From Escherichia coli (GTDB taxonomy: Bacteria > Pseudomonadota > Gammaproteobacteria > Enterobacterales > Enterobacteriaceae): DNA of 64,000 bases. The stretch is taken from the NCBI RefSeq assembly GCF_048403405.1, contig NZ_CP183129.1. One strand, 5' to 3'. Of this stretch, positions 32,675 to 44,138 are shown one piece after another (positions within the stretch are counted from its first letter, which is position 1; every line of letters begins with the position of its first letter). The translations under genes and the position numbers were made by a program. The notes under the pieces were generated by a model. That model was given only the letters and a program-made list of their open reading frames with translations, was not told where the DNA came from and made no database searches.

Positions 32675-33772
32675 ATGAAAGGACGTTGGGTAAAGTACCT
32701 TCTTATGGGCACGGTTGTGGCAATGCTTGCCGCCTGCTCTTCCAAACCAACCGATCGCGGACAGCAATATAAAGACGGGAAATTTACCCAGCCTTTCTCT
32801 CTGGTGAACCAGCCAGATGCCGTTGGCGCGCCGATTAACGCCGGTGATTTTGCCGAGCAAATTAATCATATTCGTAATTCGTCACCGCGTCTGTATGGCA
32901 ACCAGAGTAATGTTTATAACGCGGTGCAAGAGTGGCTGCGCGCAGGCGGTGATACCCGCAATATGCGCCAGTTCGGCATTGATGCCTGGCAGATGGAAGG
33001 TGCCGACAACTATGGTAACGTGCAGTTTACAGGCTATTACACGCCGGTAATTCAGGCGCGCCATACCCGCCAGGGCGAGTTCCAGTATCCGATTTACCGT
33101 ATGCCGCCAAAACGTGGTCGTTTGCCGTCTCGTGCGGAGATCTACGCGGGGGCATTGAGCGATAAATACATCCTCGCTTACAGCAACTCCCTGATGGATA
33201 ACTTCATTATGGATGTGCAGGGTAGTGGGTATATCGACTTTGGTGATGGCAGTCCGCTTAACTTTTTCAGCTATGCAGGGAAAAACGGTCATGCCTATCG
33301 CAGCATTGGTAAGGTGCTGATCGACCGTGGCGAAGTGAAAAAAGAAGATATGTCGATGCAGGCGATTCGTCACTGGGGCGAAACACACAGTGAAGCCGAG
33401 GTTCGCGAGCTGCTGGAACAGAACCCGTCTTTCGTCTTCTTTAAACCGCAATCTTTTGCACCGGTGAAAGGGGCAAGTGCGGTGCCGCTGGTTGGCCGTG
33501 CTTCTGTTGCCTCCGATCGTTCAATTATTCCGCCAGGTACTACCTTGCTGGCAGAAGTGCCGCTGCTGGATAATAACGGCAAATTTAACGGTCAGTACGA
33601 ATTGCGTCTGATGGTGGCGCTGGATGTCGGTGGCGCAATCAAAGGCCAACACTTCGATATCTATCAAGGGATCGGGCCGGAAGCCGGGCACCGCGCAGGT
33701 TGGTACAACCACTATGGACGTGTCTGGGTGCTGAAAACGGCTCCGGGCGCAGGTAACGTCTTTAGCGGCTGA
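32675..33772 (+). CDS. mltA: membrane-bound lytic murein transglycosylase A (lipoprotein)
   Basis: ATG at 32675 gives MKGRWVKYLLMGTVVAMLAACSS (lipobox), 365 aa; the ORF-track start 32393 is an artefact reading through the tRNA genes. Confidence 0.9.
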   Translation: MKGRWVKYLLMGTVVAMLAACSSKPTDRGQQYKDGKFTQPFSLVNQPDAVGAPINAGDFAEQINHIRNSSPRLYGNQSNVYNAVQEWLRAGGDTRNMRQFGIDAWQMEGADNYGNVQFTGYYTPVIQARHTRQGEFQYPIYRMPPKRGRLPSRAEIYAGALSDKYILAYSNSLMDNFIMDVQGSGYIDFGDGSPLNFFSYAGKNGHAYRSIGKVLIDRGEVKKEDMSMQAIRHWGETHSEAEVRELLEQNPSFVFFKPQSFAPVKGASAVPLVGRASVASDRSIIPPGTTLLAEVPLLDNNGKFNGQYELRLMVALDVGGAIKGQHFDIYQGIGPEAGHRAGWYNHYGRVWVLKTAPGAGNVFSG

Positions 33773-33847
33773 TGTGATATTCTGTATGCCGTTTTTACGG
33801 ATACGACAGGGTGAGGGATAACCTCGCCCTTTTTATTCTGAGGTGCT

Positions 33848-34654
33848 ATGTCTGTGGTAATTAGTGATGCATGGCGTCAGCGTTTTGGTGGCACAGCGCG
33901 TCTGTATGGTGAAAAAGCGTTGCAACTGTTTGCTGACGCGCATATTTGTGTGGTCGGTATTGGCGGTGTCGGTTCCTGGGCGGCGGAAGCGCTGGCGCGC
34001 ACAGGGATTGGCGCAATCACGCTTATCGATATGGATGATGTGTGCGTCACCAATACCAATCGGCAAATTCATGCCCTGCGCGATAACGTTGGGCTGGCAA
34101 AAGCGGAAGTTATGGCGGAGCGTATTCGCCAGATTAACCCGGAGTGCCGTGTAACGGTGGTGGATGATTTCGTGACGCCGGATAACGTAGCGCAGTATAT
34201 GAGCGTGGGTTATTCGTACGTGATTGATGCCATTGATAGTGTACGGCCCAAAGCGGCGCTGATTGCTTATTGTCGGCGCAATAAAATCCCACTGGTCACA
34301 ACCGGTGGCGCGGGTGGGCAGATTGACCCGACGCAGATTCAGGTTACCGATCTGGCGAAAACGATTCAGGACCCGCTGGCGGCGAAGTTGCGTGAGCGCC
34401 TGAAAAGCGATTTTGGCATAGTGAAAAACAGTAAAGGTAAGCTCGGCGTGGATTGCGTGTTCTCTACCGAAGCATTGGTGTACCCGCAGTCAGACGGTAC
34501 GGTGTGTGCTATGAAAGCCACGGCGGAAGGGCCGAAGCGGATGGATTGTGCATCTGGATTTGGCGCGGCGACGATGGTGACCGCCACCTTTGGTTTTGTT
34601 GCGGTTTCTCATGCGCTGAAGAAGATGATGGCGAAAGCGGCCCGTCAGGGGTAA
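33848..34654 (+). CDS. tcdA: ThiF/MoeB-family E1-like enzyme (tRNA threonylcarbamoyladenosine dehydratase)
   Basis: 268-aa ORF with dinucleotide-binding motif GIGGVGS; adjacent to csdE/csdA. Confidence 0.85.
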   Translation: MSVVISDAWRQRFGGTARLYGEKALQLFADAHICVVGIGGVGSWAAEALARTGIGAITLIDMDDVCVTNTNRQIHALRDNVGLAKAEVMAERIRQINPECRVTVVDDFVTPDNVAQYMSVGYSYVIDAIDSVRPKAALIAYCRRNKIPLVTTGGAGGQIDPTQIQVTDLAKTIQDPLAAKLRERLKSDFGIVKNSKGKLGVDCVFSTEALVYPQSDGTVCAMKATAEGPKRMDCASGFGAATMVTATFGFVAVSHALKKMMAKAARQG

Positions 34655-34661
34655 ACAATCA

Positions 34662-34696
34662 GGTCGGATGCGACGCGAACGTCTTATCCGACCTGG
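34662..34696. repeat. REP-like palindromic unit between convergent tcdA and csdE
   Basis: ggtcggatgcgacgcgaacgtcttatccgacc read directly. Confidence 0.5.
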
Positions 34697-34704
34697 TGCA
34701 GTGC

Positions 34705-35148
34705 TTAAACCTGCTTCGCCACAGCGATAATCGCCTCGCTTAACGCATTCAACCCCTGGCTGCGTGAGGCGCTAAGCTGCGCACGCAATCCCAGCTCATC
34801 AAACAATGCCAGCGGCGACTGTGCCTGCAATTCGGCGGCGGTTTTCCCCTCAACGGCAGTCAACAACACCGCCAGCAGGCCGCGCACAATGCGCCCTTCG
34901 CTGTCGCCAAAGAAGTGCATTTTACCGTTTTCAGCCACGGTATATCCCAGCCAGACGCGGTTTTCGCATCCGGCAATCTCTTTAGCCTGCGCTTTTAACT
35001 CGTCTGGCAAAGCCGGAAGCTGTTTCCCCAGCATGATCAACTGGCGATATTTATCTTCCCATTGCGTCAACGGTGCGAAGGTATTGCGTAACGTTTCTGC
35101 GGTTACGGTTGTGCCGAACGGATGTCCGGCGAATTGCGGGTTTGTCAT
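34705..35148 (-). CDS. csdE: SufE-like sulfur acceptor protein
   Basis: 147-aa ORF directly downstream of csdA with overlapping stop/start. Confidence 0.85.
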   Translation of the reverse strand: MTNPQFAGHPFGTTVTAETLRNTFAPLTQWEDKYRQLIMLGKQLPALPDELKAQAKEIAGCENRVWLGYTVAENGKMHFFGDSEGRIVRGLLAVLLTAVEGKTAAELQAQSPLALFDELGLRAQLSASRSQGLNALSEAIIAVAKQV

Positions 35149-36353
35149 TAATCCACCAATAATTCCAGCGCGCGGTCAACGGCATTCACCAGCGCATCCA
35201 CATCACTCTTTGTATTATATGGCGCAAAAGAGGCGCGCAGTGTGCCGGTTACGCCTAATTCTGCCAGTAGCGGCTGAGCGCAATGCTGCCCGGCGCGCAG
35301 GGCAATACCGTACTCCGCCAGCAGCGTCACCATATCGCTGTGATGAACGCCAGCAAAATCAAAGGCCAGCAGGCTGGAATCCTGGCAGCGAAATGAGCGG
35401 AAGCCAGGACGTTTTGCCAGCGCATCTTCCGCCAGCGTTGCTAAGCTACGGCTCCAGCTTTCTGCCTGGTTGATATCGTAATCTGCCAGCCATTCCAGCG
35501 CCGCGCTTAATCCTATGACACCAGCGACATTTGGCGTTCCGGCTTCCAGTTTCCACGGCGCAGATTGAGTCGTGAAGCCGTCAAAACTCACTTCGTGAAT
35601 CATTTTGCCGCCACCCAGCCAGGGTGACATCGCTTCCAGCAGTTCTGATTTGCCATACAGCACGCCGATACCCGTCGGGCCATACAGTTTGTGACCAGAG
35701 AAAGCATAGAAATCAATATCCAGTTGCTGAACATCTGCGGGGACATGCACCGCCCCCTGAGCACCATCAACCATCACCACCATCCCGGCTGAATGAGCAA
35801 AGGTAATCGCTCGCGCCAGATCCGGGCAACCGCCAGTGACGTTCGACATTTGTCCCAGAGCAAGAATTCGACTACGAGGTGTGATCAGTTCTGGCAACAA
35901 ATCGACATCCGGCAGTCGCTGCGCATTAAGCGGCAATTTCACCACTTTGGCTCCAGTTTGTTGGGCGACCATCAGCCAGGGGACGAGGTTGGCGTGGTGT
36001 TCTGCCACGCTGACAATAATCTCATCGCCCGGTTGCAGACGTGGACGCGCATAGCATTGTGCCACCATGTTGATGGATTCAGTGGTGCCGCGCGTCCAGA
36101 CGATAGTTTTGTCATCTGGTGCATTCAGTAATTGCGCCACTTTCTCTCGTGCAGCTTCATAACGCGCGGTCAGGCGTTGGGCTTCGGCAAACTGGCTGCG
36201 ATGGACGTTTCCGGCGCTCAGGCTGTAAAACTGTCGGGTGGCTTCAACCACGGCTTCAGGTTTAAGCGCGGTCGCGGCGCTGTCGAGATAGACGCCCGCA
36301 TCCTGAAGTGCGGGAAACTGGGCGCGAAACTGTGCGGGATTAAAAACGTTCAT
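35148..36353 (-). CDS. csdA: cysteine desulfurase/sulfinate desulfinase (class V aminotransferase)
   Basis: Start [16 protein letters not shown] at 36353 gives 401 aa; the ORF-track start 36389 is an extension. Confidence 0.9.
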   Translation of the reverse strand: MNVFNPAQFRAQFPALQDAGVYLDSAATALKPEAVVEATRQFYSLSAGNVHRSQFAEAQRLTARYEAAREKVAQLLNAPDDKTIVWTRGTTESINMVAQCYARPRLQPGDEIIVSVAEHHANLVPWLMVAQQTGAKVVKLPLNAQRLPDVDLLPELITPRSRILALGQMSNVTGGCPDLARAITFAHSAGMVVMVDGAQGAVHVPADVQQLDIDFYAFSGHKLYGPTGIGVLYGKSELLEAMSPWLGGGKMIHEVSFDGFTTQSAPWKLEAGTPNVAGVIGLSAALEWLADYDINQAESWSRSLATLAEDALAKRPGFRSFRCQDSSLLAFDFAGVHHSDMVTLLAEYGIALRAGQHCAQPLLAELGVTGTLRASFAPYNTKSDVDALVNAVDRALELLVD

Positions 36354-36541
36354 GGTACTCCTCGGCTTGATGAACCGATCGTGACGCAAAATTCACTTTG
36401 ATACAAGGAGAGTGCTAACCATCAGAATTATCTGGATATCCTGGCGAAGCCGCGTAAGTAACATATGCTGAATAGTGTTAGGCGTTAATTTTAGCCTGTT
36501 AATCAATACTATTAAGATTTATTAATCGCTTTAAGGAGAAG

Positions 36542-36772
36542 ATGATGAAAAAGACTGCCGCAATTATTTCTGCCTGTATGCTGACTTTTGCCCTGAGCGC
36601 CTGTTCCGGTTCGAACTATGTGATGCACACCAATGACGGACGTACCATCGTCTCTGACGGCAAACCACAGACTGATAACGATACCGGTATGATTTCGTAT
36701 AAAGACGCTAATGGCAACAAACAGCAGATCAACCGTACTGACGTGAAAGAGATGGTCGAACTGGATCAGTAA
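36542..36772 (+). CDS. ygdI: small lipoprotein, DUF903 family (paralog of ygdR)
   Basis: 76-aa ORF with lipobox (LSAC); clearly similar to the product of 2872..3090. Confidence 0.8.
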   Translation: MMKKTAAIISACMLTFALSACSGSNYVMHTNDGRTIVSDGKPQTDNDTGMISYKDANGNKQQINRTDVKEMVELDQ

Positions 36773-36788
36773 TTCGCGATCGCAAGGT

Positions 36789-36994
36789 AAAAAAAAGCAC
36801 CGCAATTAGGCGGTGCTACATTAATCACTATGGACAGACAGGGTAAATGTACAGGAAGTGAAAAAAGGTAGCTTTGCTACCATGGTCTGAATCGCAGACC
36901 AATTGCAAACACAACAACACAACATCACAACCGTAAGCCAAAAGTTCACCAGAACACGCATTCCGATAAAACTTTTCGTTCCGGCTCAGGAAGT
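36789..36994 (-). ncRNA. gcvB: GcvB small regulatory RNA (GT-rich target-binding region, intrinsic terminator)
   Basis: Reverse complement reads ACTTCCTGAGCCGGAACG...GTTGTGATGTTGTGTTGTTGTGTTTGCAATTGG...GCACCGCCTAATTGCGGTGCTTTTTTTT, which matches gcvB as I remember it; divergent from gcvA. Confidence 0.85.
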
Positions 36995-37122
36995 GCCGCC
37001 ACTATAGGTATTTGCTGGTAGAAGCTCAACGGACAATTTATAATGGCTCAGATTAAAAAAACTAATAGGTTACACAGTGTGATCTAATTGTTAAATTCAT
37101 TTAACATCAAAGTTTAAAAGCC

Positions 37123-38040
37123 ATGTCTAAACGATTACCACCGCTAAATGCCTTACGAGTTTTTGATGCCGCAGCACGCCATTTAAGTTTCACTCGCGCA
37201 GCAGAAGAGCTTTTTGTGACCCAGGCCGCAGTAAGTCATCAAATCAAGTCTCTTGAGGATTTTCTGGGGCTAAAACTGTTCCGCCGCCGTAATCGTTCAC
37301 TCCTGCTGACCGAGGAAGGTCAAAGCTATTTCCTCGATATCAAAGAGATATTTTCGCAATTAACCGAAGCGACGCGTAAACTCCAGGCCCGTAGCGCCAA
37401 GGGGGCGTTGACGGTCAGTTTACTCCCCAGTTTCGCCATTCATTGGTTGGTTCCGCGACTTTCCAGCTTTAATTCAGCTTATCCGGGAATTGACGTTCGA
37501 ATCCAGGCGGTTGATCGTCAGGAAGATAAGCTGGCGGATGATGTTGATGTGGCGATATTTTATGGTCGGGGCAACTGGCCGGGGCTACGGGTGGAAAAAC
37601 TTTACGCCGAATATTTATTGCCGGTGTGTTCGCCGCTACTGCTGACTGGCGAAAAACCCTTGAAGACCCCGGAAGATCTGGCTAAACATACGTTATTACA
37701 TGATGCGTCACGCCGTGACTGGCAGACATATACTCGCCAATTGGGGTTAAATCATATCAACGTTCAGCAAGGGCCAATTTTTAGCCATAGCGCCATGGTG
37801 CTGCAAGCGGCTATTCACGGGCAGGGAGTGGCGCTGGCAAATAACGTGATGGCGCAATCTGAAATCGAGGCCGGACGTCTTGTTTGCCCGTTTAATGATG
37901 TTCTGGTCAGTAAAAATGCTTTTTATCTGGTTTGTCATGACAGTCAGGCAGAACTGGGTAAAATAGCCGCCTTTCGTCAATGGATCCTGGCGAAAGCCGC
38001 TGCTGAACAAGAAAAATTCCGCTTTCGTTATGAACAATAA
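37123..38040 (+). CDS. gcvA: LysR-family transcriptional regulator of the glycine cleavage system
   Basis: 305-aa ORF with N-terminal helix-turn-helix (LSFTRAAEELFVTQAAVSHQIKSLE). Confidence 0.9.
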   Translation: MSKRLPPLNALRVFDAAARHLSFTRAAEELFVTQAAVSHQIKSLEDFLGLKLFRRRNRSLLLTEEGQSYFLDIKEIFSQLTEATRKLQARSAKGALTVSLLPSFAIHWLVPRLSSFNSAYPGIDVRIQAVDRQEDKLADDVDVAIFYGRGNWPGLRVEKLYAEYLLPVCSPLLLTGEKPLKTPEDLAKHTLLHDASRRDWQTYTRQLGLNHINVQQGPIFSHSAMVLQAAIHGQGVALANNVMAQSEIEAGRLVCPFNDVLVSKNAFYLVCHDSQAELGKIAAFRQWILAKAAAEQEKFRFRYEQ

Positions 38041-38058
38041 TTTACGTAGGGTACGACC

Positions 38059-38454
38059 ATGACCAGCCGTTTTATGCTGATTTTTGCCGCCATTAGCGGC
38101 TTCATTTTTGTGGCTCTGGGCGCTTTTGGCGCGCATGTGTTAAGTAAAACCATGGGGGCCGTTGAGATGGGCTGGATCCAGACCGGTCTCGAATACCAGG
38201 CGTTCCACACGCTGGCGATCTTAGGTCTGGCGGTGGCAATGCAGCGTCGCATCAGTATCTGGTTTTACTGGAGTAGCGTTTTCCTCGCGTTAGGCACGGT
38301 GCTGTTCAGCGGCAGCCTTTATTGCCTGGCGCTGTCCCATCTGCGTTTGTGGGCATTTGTCACACCGGTTGGCGGCGTGAGCTTCCTCGCGGGCTGGGCG
38401 TTAATGTTAGTTGGTGCTATCCGTTTAAAGCGCAAGGGCGTAAGTCATGAATAA
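38059..38454 (+). CDS. ygdD: DUF423 inner-membrane protein
   Basis: 131-aa hydrophobic ORF; synteny. Confidence 0.8.
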   Translation: MTSRFMLIFAAISGFIFVALGAFGAHVLSKTMGAVEMGWIQTGLEYQAFHTLAILGLAVAMQRRISIWFYWSSVFLALGTVLFSGSLYCLALSHLRLWAFVTPVGGVSFLAGWALMLVGAIRLKRKGVSHE

Positions 38455-39547
38455 GGTTGTATTGCTGTGCCGTCCGGGCTTTGAAAAAGAGTGCGCCGCA
38501 GAAATTACCGATAAAGCCGGCCAGCGGGAAATTTTCGGTTTTGCCCGCGTGAAAGAGAATGCGGGTTATGTCATTTATGAATGTTATCAACCTGATGATG
38601 GCGATAAGTTAATCCGTGAGCTGCCGTTCAGTTCATTAATTTTTGCCCGCCAGTGGTTTGTGGTGGGGGAACTCCTGCAGCATTTGCCGCCAGAAGATCG
38701 TATTACTCCCATTGTCGGCATGTTACAGGGCGTAGTAGAGAAGGGCGGTGAACTGCGTGTTGAAGTTGCCGATACCAACGAAAGCAAAGAGTTGCTGAAA
38801 TTCTGCCGTAAATTCACCGTGCCGCTACGCGCTGCCTTGCGCGATGCGGGTGTGCTGGCGAACTATGAAACGCCGAAGCGTCCGGTTGTACATGTATTCT
38901 TTATTGCACCAGGCTGCTGCTATACCGGTTACTCATACAGCAACAATAATTCGCTGTTCTATATGGGCATTCCGCGCCTGAAATTTCCGGCAGATGCGCC
39001 GAGTCGTTCCACGCTTAAACTGGAAGAGGCATTTCATGTGTTTATTCCTGCGGATGAGTGGGATGAACGCCTGGCGAACGGGATGTGGGCGGTGGATTTA
39101 GGCGCTTGCCCAGGCGGCTGGACCTACCAACTGGTGAAGCGCAACATGTGGGTTTATTCCGTCGACAACGGCCCGATGGCGCAAAGTCTGATGGATACCG
39201 GACAGGTGACGTGGCTGCGGGAAGACGGTTTCAAATTCCGTCCGACACGCAGCAATATCTCCTGGATGGTATGCGATATGGTTGAAAAACCGGCGAAAGT
39301 TGCGGCATTGATGGCGCAGTGGCTGGTTAATGGCTGGTGCCGTGAAACCATTTTCAACCTCAAACTGCCGATGAAAAAACGCTACGAAGAAGTGTCACAC
39401 AATCTGGCGTATATTCAGGCACAGCTTGATGAACATGGCATAAATGCTCAGATTCAGGCGCGGCAGTTGTATCACGATCGCGAAGAAGTGACGGTGCACG
39501 TCCGCCGTATCTGGGCTGCGGTGGGTGGTCGTCGCGACGAGCGATAA
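38447..39547 (+). CDS. rlmM: 23S rRNA 2'-O-ribose C2498 methyltransferase
   Basis: 366-aa ORF whose start overlaps the ygdD stop; synteny. Confidence 0.85.
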   Translation: MNKVVLLCRPGFEKECAAEITDKAGQREIFGFARVKENAGYVIYECYQPDDGDKLIRELPFSSLIFARQWFVVGELLQHLPPEDRITPIVGMLQGVVEKGGELRVEVADTNESKELLKFCRKFTVPLRAALRDAGVLANYETPKRPVVHVFFIAPGCCYTGYSYSNNNSLFYMGIPRLKFPADAPSRSTLKLEEAFHVFIPADEWDERLANGMWAVDLGACPGGWTYQLVKRNMWVYSVDNGPMAQSLMDTGQVTWLREDGFKFRPTRSNISWMVCDMVEKPAKVAALMAQWLVNGWCRETIFNLKLPMKKRYEEVSHNLAYIQAQLDEHGINAQIQARQLYHDREEVTVHVRRIWAAVGGRRDER

Positions 39548-39553
39548 CAGGCA

Positions 39554-39577
39554 AGGCCGGGGCGTCGTCTCCGGCCT
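39554..39577. terminator. hairpin aggccgg-loop-ccggcct between convergent rlmM and fucR
   Basis: Inverted repeat read directly; no strong T run, so weak. Confidence 0.35.
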
Positions 39578-39590
39578 GCTACCCTTTCCG

Positions 39591-40322
39591 TCAGGCTGTT
39601 ACCAAAGAAGTTGCAACCTGGCGCTCATCAGAAATAATGTGCGTTACCTCATCCAGATGCCCGATGCGGGCTTCCCCTGAACGATTAAATTTACTTTTAT
39701 CAATCAATAACAACGATTGCGCGGCGCGTTTTAATAGCATTGATTTGTAATCAGCGTTGATGGCATTGGAGTCCCACAGTGCGCCGCTGCTATCGATCCC
39801 TTCACAAGAAAAAATAAACAGATCGATTTCCAGCGATTTAAGTTGGGAAATCAGCGAGGGATTGACGTAACAGCCATATTTGCGCTCAAGTGTGCCGCCG
39901 GAACTGATTAGTTGAATGCGTTCGCGTTTACCGAGTTCATGGCAAATCGGATGGCTATTGGTGAAGACCTGGATGTTGATGTCAGGCAACTGGCGTGCCA
40001 GATACCAGCAGGTTGAACTGGCGTCTAAGGCTATCACCATCCCTTCTTCAATCCACGCGAGCGCCTCGCGCGCGATATCTGCTTTATGCGCATAATGGCT
40101 TTTCAGCCGGATGTGAAAGGGATCGCCACTGTCTTGATTTTGACGGTGGATATATTTAGCGCGCCCATGATTGCGCAGAATTTTACCCTGCGTCTGTAAT
40201 TCATTGAGATCGCGACGAATGGTTTCTTTACTGACCTTTAGCTGTTCAGAAAGAGCTTCCGTGGTCAGGCTGGTATGGTTCAGCAGCAGGTCGACTATCG
40301 CTTGCTGGCGTGCCGCTTTCAT
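39591..40322 (-). CDS. fucR: DeoR-family transcriptional activator of the fucose regulon
   Basis: Helix-turn-helix and DeoR sugar-binding domain; likely start MKAARQQAIV at 40322 (ORF-track 40331). Confidence 0.9.
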   Translation of the reverse strand: MKAARQQAIVDLLLNHTSLTTEALSEQLKVSKETIRRDLNELQTQGKILRNHGRAKYIHRQNQDSGDPFHIRLKSHYAHKADIAREALAWIEEGMVIALDASSTCWYLARQLPDINIQVFTNSHPICHELGKRERIQLISSGGTLERKYGCYVNPSLISQLKSLEIDLFIFSCEGIDSSGALWDSNAINADYKSMLLKRAAQSLLLIDKSKFNRSGEARIGHLDEVTHIISDERQVATSLVTA

Positions 40323-40379
40323 ATTTTTCACCCCATCATTCGATAACCGCCCGCGTCATGCGGGCGTACCGGTATGAGA

Positions 40380-40802
40380 TTACGGTGTTACCCCTTTTTT
40401 TAAAAGAATATTCCCGTACTTCGCTCGTTCGCCTGTGATAACGATCGCAAAGGCTTTTTGCGCCCGTTCATAAAACGCAAAACGATTGATGCGGATGATG
40501 TCAGGACACGGGGCTTGTAGTGAAAGCGCATTACGGTAACGTCGTTCTACTTCAGGATCGAGAGTGTCACCTTCTACCGCCGCCATCATCACCAGCGGCG
40601 GTGCATAACTGTCCAGTTCAAATAACGGGATAATCGCCTGGAGCAAGTCGCTCACCAACAGGCCATCAGCGCGGATCACCTGCGGTCCCATCGAATGGGC
40701 GGGAAAGTGAGCATCGGAAAAAATAATTTCATCTCCATGTCCCATCTCTGCCAGCACTTTCAATAGTTCGGGAGAAATTAACGGCGAAATTGTTTTCAGC
40801 AT
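40380..40802 (-). CDS. fucU: L-fucose mutarotase
   Basis: 140-aa ORF immediately downstream of fucK. Confidence 0.9.
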
Positions 40803-40803
40803 T

Positions 40804-42222
40804 TCACACTTCCTCTATAAATTCAGGTTCAGTTTGCGGGTAGAAATAACGGTACTGATAATGAATCTGTGCACGGGCTTCTTCCGGGCTGTTAAATTCC
40901 CCTACGCCATACCAACCGAACAGCGCAGCTCCTGCGACGGTCGTTTCGGCATCGTCGAGAACTTTTACCGGAATATCAAGCATATTGGCTTTAATCTGAT
41001 TCCACAATGTGTTGCGACTTCCTCCGCCGACTAACAATAATTCAGAGGCTTTAAAGTGCCCGATTTTTTCCAGCATCTGTAGATTGCGCTGTAATTGCGC
41101 AGTTAACCCTTCCAGCGCCGCGCGATAGAAATGCCCCCGCGTGGTATTAAGCGTCACTCCTTGCCAGCCAGCGTTCTGACACGACAATAAATCACACTGC
41201 ATTTTCACACCATCCGCGCCAGGTGCGATCAGACGAGCCTCTTCAATCAACATTTGCCAGGGAGTTTCAGCCGTCCAGAACAGCTTTCTCACCCATTCCA
41301 GCACGCCGGATGCCAGCCATTGCATACCTGGGTTATACAACCCTGCCTGACTATCCAGTTCGCAGGTCGAACCGGCGTACTGACTTAACAGCGAAGTATC
41401 AACCTGGGCGCTACGGACCATTAAAATTTCCCATGTACCGGAAGAGAGCACGGGTTCATTTTGTTCGGCACCAGCGCCAAAAAGGGCGAACTGGGTATCG
41501 TGACCTGCGGAAATCACCGGTATGCCAACGGGTAAGCCGAGCATTGCTGCGGCGCTGTTCTGTAACGTACCAATCTGTTCACCCGCTTCCACCAGACGAG
41601 GGAAGAGTCGGCGTGGAATACCGGTGGCTTGTAAAATTTGCGGACTGAAATCGCGTTGCTGGATATCCAGCATCTGGCTGGTTCCGGCCATCGTGATATC
41701 AGTAGTGAATTCGCCGGTTAAACGGTGGTTAATCAGCGACGAAATAAAGAGCCAGGCGTGCGCGCGTTCCAGCAGTTGTGGATGATTTTCTTTCAACCAC
41801 ACCAACTTATATAACGTATTGAAACTAAAGGCTCCGACTCCAGAAATAGCCTGCAACTGCTGTGCGGAGATCAACCGTTCAATATTGTCCATTACCGCTG
41901 CTGTTCGCGGACATTTCCAGCTAATGATCGGATAGAGCAGATTGTTTTGCTTATCTACCAGAGCGCCATCCACACCAAAGGTGGTGACGGCGATACCGCG
42001 GATGTGGCAATCAGTCAGTTCACTATTGATTTGCCGACAGCAATCAGCAAAGCGTTGCAAAATGGCGGCTAAAGACCACTGGTGCCAGGTGTTGTTTTCC
42101 ATCGCGATATCGCTGGCATTAGGCGTTGAGGCGCGGGCAACAATTTTTCCCTGCCGATTAACCGCGATGGCCCTGACATTGGTCGCGCCACAGTCGAGTA
42201 CCAGGATAACTTCTTGTTTCAT
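40804..42222 (-). CDS. fucK: L-fuculokinase (FGGY carbohydrate kinase)
   Basis: FGGY kinase ORF; probable start [15 protein letters not shown] at 42222 (ORF-track 42252). Confidence 0.9.
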
Positions 42223-42330
42223 AATCGCTCCTGCAATATAGCCGGATAACATTGTTTATCCGGCTAACCACTCTTGCTTGTTCAGGCCCGGTAGCCGGAG
42301 CGACCGGGCATCACATCAGGGAGTAATGTA

Positions 42331-44106
42331 TTAACGCTTGTACAACGGGCCGTAGTTCTGGCAAGCGCGGTAATCCTGGCCTTCAATATCCATGCCGTGC
42401 GCGGCCCAGGCAGAAGGACGATATACTTTGGTCTCTTCAACGTTGTGCATACATACCGGGATACGCAGCATGGAGGCGAGAGTGATAAAGTCTGCGCCAA
42501 CGTGGCCGATGGTTAGAACCCCGTGGTTAGCGCCCCAGTTCGCCATTACCGAGTACACATCCGTAAACGGCCCTTTACCGGTGAGGCGCGGTGCAAACCA
42601 GGTGGTTGGCCAGGTTGAGTTGGTGCGTTTGTTGAGGATGTCATGCACATCATTCGGTAACTCAACGCTCCAGCCTTCCGCGATTTGCAGTACCGGGCCC
42701 AGGCCTTTGATGATGTTGACACGGGTCATGGTGAACGGGACGCCGCCTTCGGTAAGGAAGCGGGAAGAGTAACCGCCGCCACGGAAGTATTCGTGGATCG
42801 CCGGGCACCATTCGGTAGCGGCGAGGCAAGCGTCAGCCTCTTGCTGAGAGATTTCCCAGTGTGGCTTCATCGTCGGGTTACCTTCGCTGTCGCGTTGTTT
42901 ACAGGAACCGTCCAGCGCAGCAGAACCGGAGTTGATCAAATGGATGATGCCGTGTTCTGCCAGTCCATCCAGTTTATGCCCCGTTACACGTTCAATTGCT
43001 TCTGGTGACCAGTAGGTACGCACATCGGCAAATACCTGAGCGGTGCCGGTGAGCTGGTGACCCATTAGCATTGCCACGCCGTTAAGACTGTCGTTTTCAG
43101 TCGCCACGACAAAGGGTTCGCGCACGCCATTCCAGTCAAATGAACTGTTGAGGATCGCTTCGGCGGTGTCACCATTGGGATATTGATCGGTCCAGTGACG
43201 TTGCCCCTGGAAGCCCGCAGCGATGGCGTTGTAGCCAAGTGATTCTTCCACGCGACCGATATCGGCCAGTTTGCTGTTGCCTTGCATCATGTCGCGGATA
43301 CACATCGCCATCAGTAAACTTTCGCGCAGAACTGCGCGGCTTTGCTCGGCATTTCGTTGATACTGTTTGTTATTTTCATCTTCGCCATAGCGGAAGTTTT
43401 TATCAGCCCAGGCCAGCGCCATTTCCAGTTCGGCTTCGTCGTAAATCTTCTGATCGATACGGCGACGCAGTTCGGTCATATCCACCGCCTGGACTTTCAT
43501 TCCCAGCCAGGATTCAAAGAAGTTGTGATCAACGATGGAACCAGCGATACCCATCGAAACGCCGCCCAGCGACAGATAGCTTTTACCTTTCATGCTGGCG
43601 ACGGCCAAACCGGCGCGGGCAAAGCGCAGCAGTTTTTCTTCAACATCGGCAGGAATCGATGTGTCATCGGCATCCTGAACGTCATGACCGTAAATGGAGA
43701 ATGCCGGGATGCCTTTCTGGCTGTGAGCTGCCAGAGCCGCTGCCAGGTAAACAGCGCCGGGACGTTCAGTGCCGTTAAAGCCCCAAATGGCTTTCGGGCG
43801 GGTTGGATCCATGTCGATGGTTTCACTGCCATAGCACCAGCAAGGCGTTACCGTAATGGTGAGGCCTACATTCTGGCTGCTGAATTTTTCTTCGCAAGCA
43901 GCGGCTTCAGCCATACCCGCGATACAGGTATCGGAAATGACACACTCGACGGCAGCTCCGCAGGCATGGCGCAGTTTCTCGGTCAGCAATGCAGCCGTGG
44001 CTTTCGCCATATTCATTGTTTGTTCTTCAAGCGACTCACGAACACCCATGCGACGACCGTCAATAACCGGGCGGATACCAATTTTCGGTAAGCTGATTTT
44101 TTTCAT
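42331..44106 (-). CDS. fucI: L-fucose isomerase
   Basis: 591-aa ORF; synteny. Confidence 0.95.
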   Translation of the reverse strand: MKKISLPKIGIRPVIDGRRMGVRESLEEQTMNMAKATAALLTEKLRHACGAAVECVISDTCIAGMAEAAACEEKFSSQNVGLTITVTPCWCYGSETIDMDPTRPKAIWGFNGTERPGAVYLAAALAAHSQKGIPAFSIYGHDVQDADDTSIPADVEEKLLRFARAGLAVASMKGKSYLSLGGVSMGIAGSIVDHNFFESWLGMKVQAVDMTELRRRIDQKIYDEAELEMALAWADKNFRYGEDENNKQYQRNAEQSRAVLRESLLMAMCIRDMMQGNSKLADIGRVEESLGYNAIAAGFQGQRHWTDQYPNGDTAEAILNSSFDWNGVREPFVVATENDSLNGVAMLMGHQLTGTAQVFADVRTYWSPEAIERVTGHKLDGLAEHGIIHLINSGSAALDGSCKQRDSEGNPTMKPHWEISQQEADACLAATEWCPAIHEYFRGGGYSSRFLTEGGVPFTMTRVNIIKGLGPVLQIAEGWSVELPNDVHDILNKRTNSTWPTTWFAPRLTGKGPFTDVYSVMANWGANHGVLTIGHVGADFITLASMLRIPVCMHNVEETKVYRPSAWAAHGMDIEGQDYRACQNYGPLYKR

Positions 44107-44138
44107 TACTGATTCCTCACTTTATTCGGAAAATATGT

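Noticed and set aside
43342-44091. 249-aa plus-strand ORF inside fucI, and similar antisense ORFs inside recC (14725..15237), fucO (46737..47273) and mltA (32882..33451)
   Set aside because: All are embedded antisense in longer, motif-supported genes and have no independent support.
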